This document shows positions 58,950 through 64,000 of a stretch of DNA of 64,000 nt, piece by piece (the stretch's first letter is position 1; each line of letters begins with the position of its first letter). Below the pieces are notes generated by a model. It was not told the origin of the DNA. It worked only from the letters and a program-made list of their open reading frames with translations, and made no database searches. This DNA is from Rhizophagus irregularis (Eukaryota): assembly GCF_026210795.1 (NCBI RefSeq), contig NC_089430.1, positions 1,054,001-1,118,000 on the forward strand, in the 5' to 3' direction. The position numbers and the translations under genes are program-made.

Positions 58950-60361
58950 GATTGCCAATTTTTGAGGGTAAAGCTACTGATGATATTGATACATTTATTA
59001 GGCTTTATATGGGTTATCTTGATACTATCAATCTTAACCCATACGCTGCTGCAGGGCCACCAGAGTCTTGGAAAAGAGCTATGGGTATACTTAGAAGCTG
59101 CATGGCTGGTGAAGCGGCTGAATGGTTTGATCGAGAAATTACAGGAAAAAATTGGGAACTTTCTGGTATCACTTCAGCTGGTGGAGCTAATTTAGCTGCT
59201 TTTGTAGCATTAGTAATACCAGAAGCTGCAGGAGGACCGAATGCAGGTACCTATGTAAATGGGTCTGAAGCACAAATCTATTCAAGAGATCCAATTAATG
59301 CATTAGTAACTATTAGAGCAGCATTTATTCCTACTCATGATTTAATGGGTGGAGATGAAGCTTGGAAAAGAGCTGGTGCTCGTCCGACAGATAGAGTTAC
59401 TCCAGCTACTGCAGATGCTGGTGTTGCTGCTAATAATAATCATCCTATAGTTTTTCCAGGTATTAAACCTAACCAGGCGCTTTATTGGCTTAGAACACAA
59501 TTTCCAACTGTTTTAGATGAAAAGAAACGTATCCGTTTTAACAGTCTTTACCAGGAAAATGAGCCAGTTGATGCATTTTATAGAACTGTAAAGAGGGCTG
59601 GAAAATTACTAAGACTAACTGATGATCTTATTATCGACCAGTTCTTTAGAGGTCTTTCAGCTGATAATATTTTTGAAGCAGAAAGGTTTCACAATCTTAA
59701 TCCTGATGACTTGGTTAAACATCTGAGAAATTTAGAATGAAGAAGGGCTGAAATGCGCTTGGGGTTACAAGATAGAAATCGGCAACTTCGAGCAGATTAC
59801 AGTGATGTAACTCAACCTCCATTAGGAAAACAGGAACCTGTCGTACTGACATCAAAGTCAACTGGGGTTACTCAAGAACAATTACAAGAGTTGCTTAAGG
59901 CTCAGGCTGAAGAACTTACCAAGAATTTCCAGGTGCAATTTAAACAATTACAGGCTCAGCCAGTTCGTAATCCACCAGTCTATAGACAGCAGATTAAACC
60001 TGTTCGACCAAAACCACAGAGACGTGTTGTTCAGGATCATCAGAATCCTGATTGGGATGATGGTTATGTAGAACCTGATGTTGGTGATGACCCTGATGCT
60101 CCTGAGTGGACTTTGGATGATCATCAAAATGCTATTGATCTTATTATGGGATATAAACGTGGGACGTCTAAAATACTTACAAATCAACTTCAGAAGGCTA
60201 AAGATAGACGTGATGATCTGGATTTGGCTTGAGCAATGAAAAACCTTGATCTTAATGATGATGCTATGGACATTGATACTGTGAGTTTTGGTGAAAAGGT
60301 GGAATTGAGAAAAAAAGATGGTGATGTCTATATGGTTCCTGTTGGGTCAAAAAAAAAGTAG
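58931..60361 (+). pseudogene. Gag-like protein, copy A (stops at 59738 and 60230)
   Basis: Colinear with intact 28943-30373. Confidence 0.78.
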
Positions 60362-61098
60362 GTTTGAGTATCTCAAAACTTCTTAAGTCGTCCCCAAATA
60401 AGACAGCAGTTAGCTCTTCTAGTGTGCCCTTAAAAGGCAAAGCAACCCCTGTTAAGATTCCTGTGAAAGTTACTGGTAGTAAGTCTACACCTGCAAAAGC
60501 TGTTACTAAGAATGACTTATTAAGCCTATTAAGGTCTGCAGACTTTAGGAAATTACTCCGTGAGATTCTTTAGGAGGAGATGATGTCTGCTAGAAAAGTC
60601 ACAGAGATTTCAGATGACTTAACTGAGGAGGAACAAGAAGAGGATATCAGGAAATACGATCCTATGGATATTGATATAGCTCGTTTGGAAAATATTAAAG
60701 ATTTATTAGCACTTAATGGGGAGGTTAATGGGATAGCAATTCAGTGTTTAGCAGACACTTGTGCTAATGCGTCTTTTATTCAGAGAGAAGCTGCTGAGGA
60801 ATTAGGGTTGGATATCAACAAGAGTATTACATACAACATATCTGGTGCTTCAGTAACAGATAGGACATTCGGCATGGTAAAGGGAGTGTTAATCAAACTT
60901 ATTCTTGATTATGCTATCACTGAGGATCTTGCAGTTTTAGATGGATACAAGCATAGGGAAATTGGATTGAGCCGGACGTGTCTGAAACGTTACAATTATG
61001 ATGTCCATGAATCACGTGAACATGTCGCCCTTACCTGTGATGGGAAGAATGTTTTTATCCCAATAGTTCTTGATGTTAATCGAGGAGACAAAAAATAA
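60358..61098 (+). pseudogene. Retropepsin-type aspartic protease, copy A (CAG>TAG at 60571)
   Basis: CLADTCANASFI; -1 frame relative to Gag. Confidence 0.8.
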
Positions 61099-61123
61099 GA
61101 CCCTTTAATTCTTCTATTTTTTT

Positions 61124-62215
61124 TTATTCCCAAAATTTGCGAATTAAGTCAGGGACATCCTCCTTCAACTGGTTAGCAGGTTCCCAAGTAGCCTCAGTAT
61201 CTGGGTATCACTCCCACTTAACCAAATACTGGTCTTGACCTTTTCTAATGCGATGCCGAAGTATCTGCTCAGGAACAAATCTTTCAGGTTGTCCTCTTAT
61301 CACAGAATCAGGTGGAGGCTTTTCATTAATAGGAACTACTTGCAATTCCTTTCAGGTATATGCACATCTGGATACACCTAATCGACCATGTGGTCCGTTA
61401 AGAAGATATGTAGGAGGTTGTTCGGGTGAAAGTATCATTTTTTTGATTACACGAATGTTTGGGTTCCATCTTATGTCTTCTGTATGGAATTTTCCATGAA
61501 GTTTGTTACCAAGTACAGAAATAGGTTCATCTAACTTGACTATGACACGTGTTCCTTCAGAGAGGAGATCCGTCTTTTTTGATACTTTAGGTGACCCTGT
61601 CGGAATGTCTGGGGGATTTCTCTGCCAGAGTTCATTTACTTTACTCACTATATTATGGAAATCTTCTGACCATTCCACGGATGTCACCCCAGTTTTCAAC
61701 TCTTGTGCAACCATTCGTTTTAAGAGAGGTTCTTGGATTGCTTGGATGGCTCGTTCGGCATATGACTGCTATTTATGTCTACCTGGTTCGCCGAACCTCA
61801 TCATTACCCCTAGGCTGTTCAGGAAAAAATCACATACCTGGTCGTTAATGAATTCTGATCCGGAGTCCGTCTCCAGTCGGTGTGTTGGAGGCTTGATACG
61901 ATTTCTTCTGTAGATTTTGACAAACCCGTTTAGAACTCTATTTGCAGTCTTATCCTTTAGGGGTTCTGCATCGACTCTCTTTCCTGCAACTTCCACCACT
62001 ACAAGGAAATAGTGGAATCCTTTGGGGTCAACTGGCATCTCTGCAAGATCTGCCTGGTGTGTTGCATTTGGTTTCCATACAATTACCTTTGGGCATTCTG
62101 TTGACTTTTCCTTTAAGGGCTTTTTGTATAGGTTGTAGTGCTCTTCACCTTTTAGAATTCGTGCTGATACTTTGGATAGACTGTAGTACTTGTAGTAATT
62201 TTCTAATTGTGACAT
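61124..62215 (-). pseudogene. rve integrase + chromodomain, copy A (several stops)
   Basis: HQADL, ETDSGSEF; colinear with 27090-28181. Confidence 0.88.
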
Positions 62216-62259
62216 ATTATGACAAATTAAAGGAAAGATTTCAGACTTCAAATCTCAAG

Positions 62260-62580
62260 ATGACACGATTTTACTGTCTAAAGTGCAAGAAGGAAACTGA
62301 GACTGCTAGTGAAATACAAGATATGACTACAAATGGGCGTTACCTGCTGCATGGTGACTGCACAATTTGTGGTATGCATAAGAATACTTTTACTGGAATA
62401 GACTGGGTAATCAAAAAGAAAACTAAGGAGAAAAAGAAAGAAACCGCTGCTAAGAGACATCAGACGGTTTACAATTGGCAATGCAAAAAACTTGGACAGA
62501 AAATCTTAGATTCTGATGACGCGTGTAAACAGTGTATTGATAAATGCCTTAAGGAGGCAAAAAAGAGGAAGACGAATTAG
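62260..62580 (+). CDS. Zinc-ribbon protein (DUF5679-like), 106 aa, intact
   Basis: MTRFYCLKCKKETET...NGRYLLHGDCTICGMHKNTF; further C-terminal CKQCIDKC. Confidence 0.7.
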   Translation: MTRFYCLKCKKETETASEIQDMTTNGRYLLHGDCTICGMHKNTFTGIDWVIKKKTKEKKKETAAKRHQTVYNWQCKKLGQKILDSDDACKQCIDKCLKEAKKRKTN

Positions 62581-62690
62581 TACTGTCTTCTAAACTTCTC
62601 TGAATATGCTCTATTCCCAATACCCATTGTTCAATTACTTATTTTTTCTGACGGGGGCGGGACGAGGTTGGTCTTACTGGCTCTATAGAC

Positions 62691-62867
62691 TATACATGCC
62701 ACCCAAATTATTTTGGACTGCCGTAATCATAAGTAAAATCCCAAATTCAATTATGGCATCCCAAATAATTTTGGCACTTTACATAGTAAATTATATATAA
62801 ACCGAATAAATTATGGCATCCCAAATTATAATTATGACATCCCAAAATAATTTGGGCAGCATGTATA
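62691..62867. mobile_element. hAT-type MITE
   Basis: TIR TATACATGCCACCCAAATTA / TAATTTGGGCAGCATGTATA; 8-bp TSD CTATAGAC. Confidence 0.88.
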
Positions 62868-62919
62868 CTATAGACCTTCTAGGGGCTTACCTGCTAACTT
62901 ACCTGGTTTGCTATCTCAC

Positions 62920-63133
62920 TAGAGTTTCGATCTGTAGCGGTTTTATCCGGGTTTTATCCGGATACTGGCTCGGTTAATTTAGGCTGGGACCACCAAAATT
63001 AATAAAAATTTATGGAATAATATTATTTTAATTCTGGCCGAAATTATAGTCCACTCAAAGCCGAAATTTGTAACCTTTTTTAATCATAATCCCACGTTAA
63101 AATATTTGAGGTTTTATCCGGATCGAAACACTA
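62920..63133. mobile_element. hAT-type MITE
   Basis: TIR TAGAGTTTCGATC / GATCGAAACACTA; 8-bp TSD TATCTCAC. Confidence 0.85.
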
Positions 63134-64000
63134 TATCTCACTGCTTCCAACAGATTATTAGATGGAATCCTGACTTGTTCCAGATGTTCCGGATGTGGCG
63201 GATCTGGGGGGGTAAAAATAAAACTTTTTCTGGGGGGATGTCCTCTCATAATTTTTCTGAAACATCTGCCACATCTGCCACATCCGGAACAACCCTCTCA
63301 TTATATCCGTTATTGCTTCCTTTTCTATTGTTTTCTAGTTATTTGGTATATATATTTGTTCCAGATGTTGTCCCAGATTGTGGCGGATATATGGGGATTC
63401 CTGAGCTCTGTAGGGGCCATATAGGTACTGCGACGGGTCGTAGACCCGGAGGTGGGTGGTGCTTGCACCTCCCACATCCAGCCCGACGACTGTGTTTTTT
63501 TTTATATTTTTTGAAATAGCTTTTAAATTATCAATGTAGTTCTCCTGATGATCCATAAAATAAATAAATAAATAAATATCCTGGTCATTTATTCAATGTA
63601 TAATTCAATTTTGTGTGCTGTGGTGAAGTCTTTCCGCCGATCATTATATCCAAAATTTTTAGGACAAACAAAAGTTGGAAGAGTTCAAAAAGTAAATATT
63701 AAAACATTCCTTTCAGTGCATTTCAACATCACCAACTATTGATTCATTCTCTTACGAATTTGTAGATAATTTATTTTGGACTTCAGATAGTAGCTTTCAA
63801 ATTTTTTGACGGAAAAATTTTACACTTCTTTAACTAACATAGGTCACCCAACAGAATGATATGTTATGGCGAGGAGTTATCTTTATCAAAAGTCAATGGA
63901 AAGTGATACAAGTTCAGGAATAATAAAGAAGGTTTACCATTCGTTAGGAGAGGTCCTCTTTGGATTTTTTAGTTTCGGGAAATTTTTCGTCTTTTTTTTT

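Larger units (their letters stand above)
1309..63490 (+). mobile_element. Polinton/Maverick-like element, copy A (outer, fragmented by nested insertions; left end outside window or lost)
   Basis: Segments ~1309-5725, 12346-13753, 21935-24080, 41287-41312 and 57706-63490 are the reverse complement of copy B in colinear gene order. Ends in the same TIR (...CCAGCCCGACGAC at 63490). Confidence 0.9.
62620..63490. repeat. Right TIR of copy A, interrupted by two MITEs
   Basis: Matches 40489-40951 once 62691-62867 and 62920-63133 are removed. Confidence 0.92.

Noticed and set aside
1309..63490. Giant inverted duplication or assembly artefact
   Set aside because: The inverted segments are diverged, have different indels and cargo, and every junction has family-appropriate TIRs and TSDs. 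They are independent insertions.
63491..64000. Possible gene in the right flank
   Set aside because: The minus-strand frames I checked contain several stops, the ORF track shows nothing substantial, and I recognise no motif.

Overview
AT-rich eukaryotic repeat region with spliceosomal introns in the DNA transposons; the protein families suggest an arbuscular mycorrhizal (Glomeromycotina) fungus, which is an inference. Almost the whole window is a nested stack of mobile elements. The core is two copies of one Polinton/Maverick-like element. Copy B is complete (26223-40951, ~14.7 kb, ~460-bp TIRs, TTAAA target duplication). Copy A is older and in opposite orientation (~1309-63490, left end not visible), and is split by two hAT elements, a LINE, a pogo element (which itself holds copy B) and MITEs. 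The element encodes an SF3 helicase, a short protein-primed-type PolB with an OTU-like N-terminus, an A32/FtsK-type packaging ATPase, a chromodomain rve integrase, a zinc-ribbon protein and F-box-like ORFs. I see no double-jelly-roll capsid, adenovirus-type protease or reverse transcriptase. Instead there is a coiled-coil ORF / retrotransposon Gag-like ORF / retropepsin cassette whose two junctions each carry a canonical -1 slippery heptamer (U_UUA_AAC, A_AAA_AAG), conserved in both copies. This DNA-replicon plus Gag-protease hybrid is the main candidate novel system. Other oddities: a hAT carrying a spliced Myb/SANT + RS-repeat gene, an ORF1-only poly(A) retroposon, and a pol-deleted LTR element. 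Family calls are by eye from motifs; no database searches were run.
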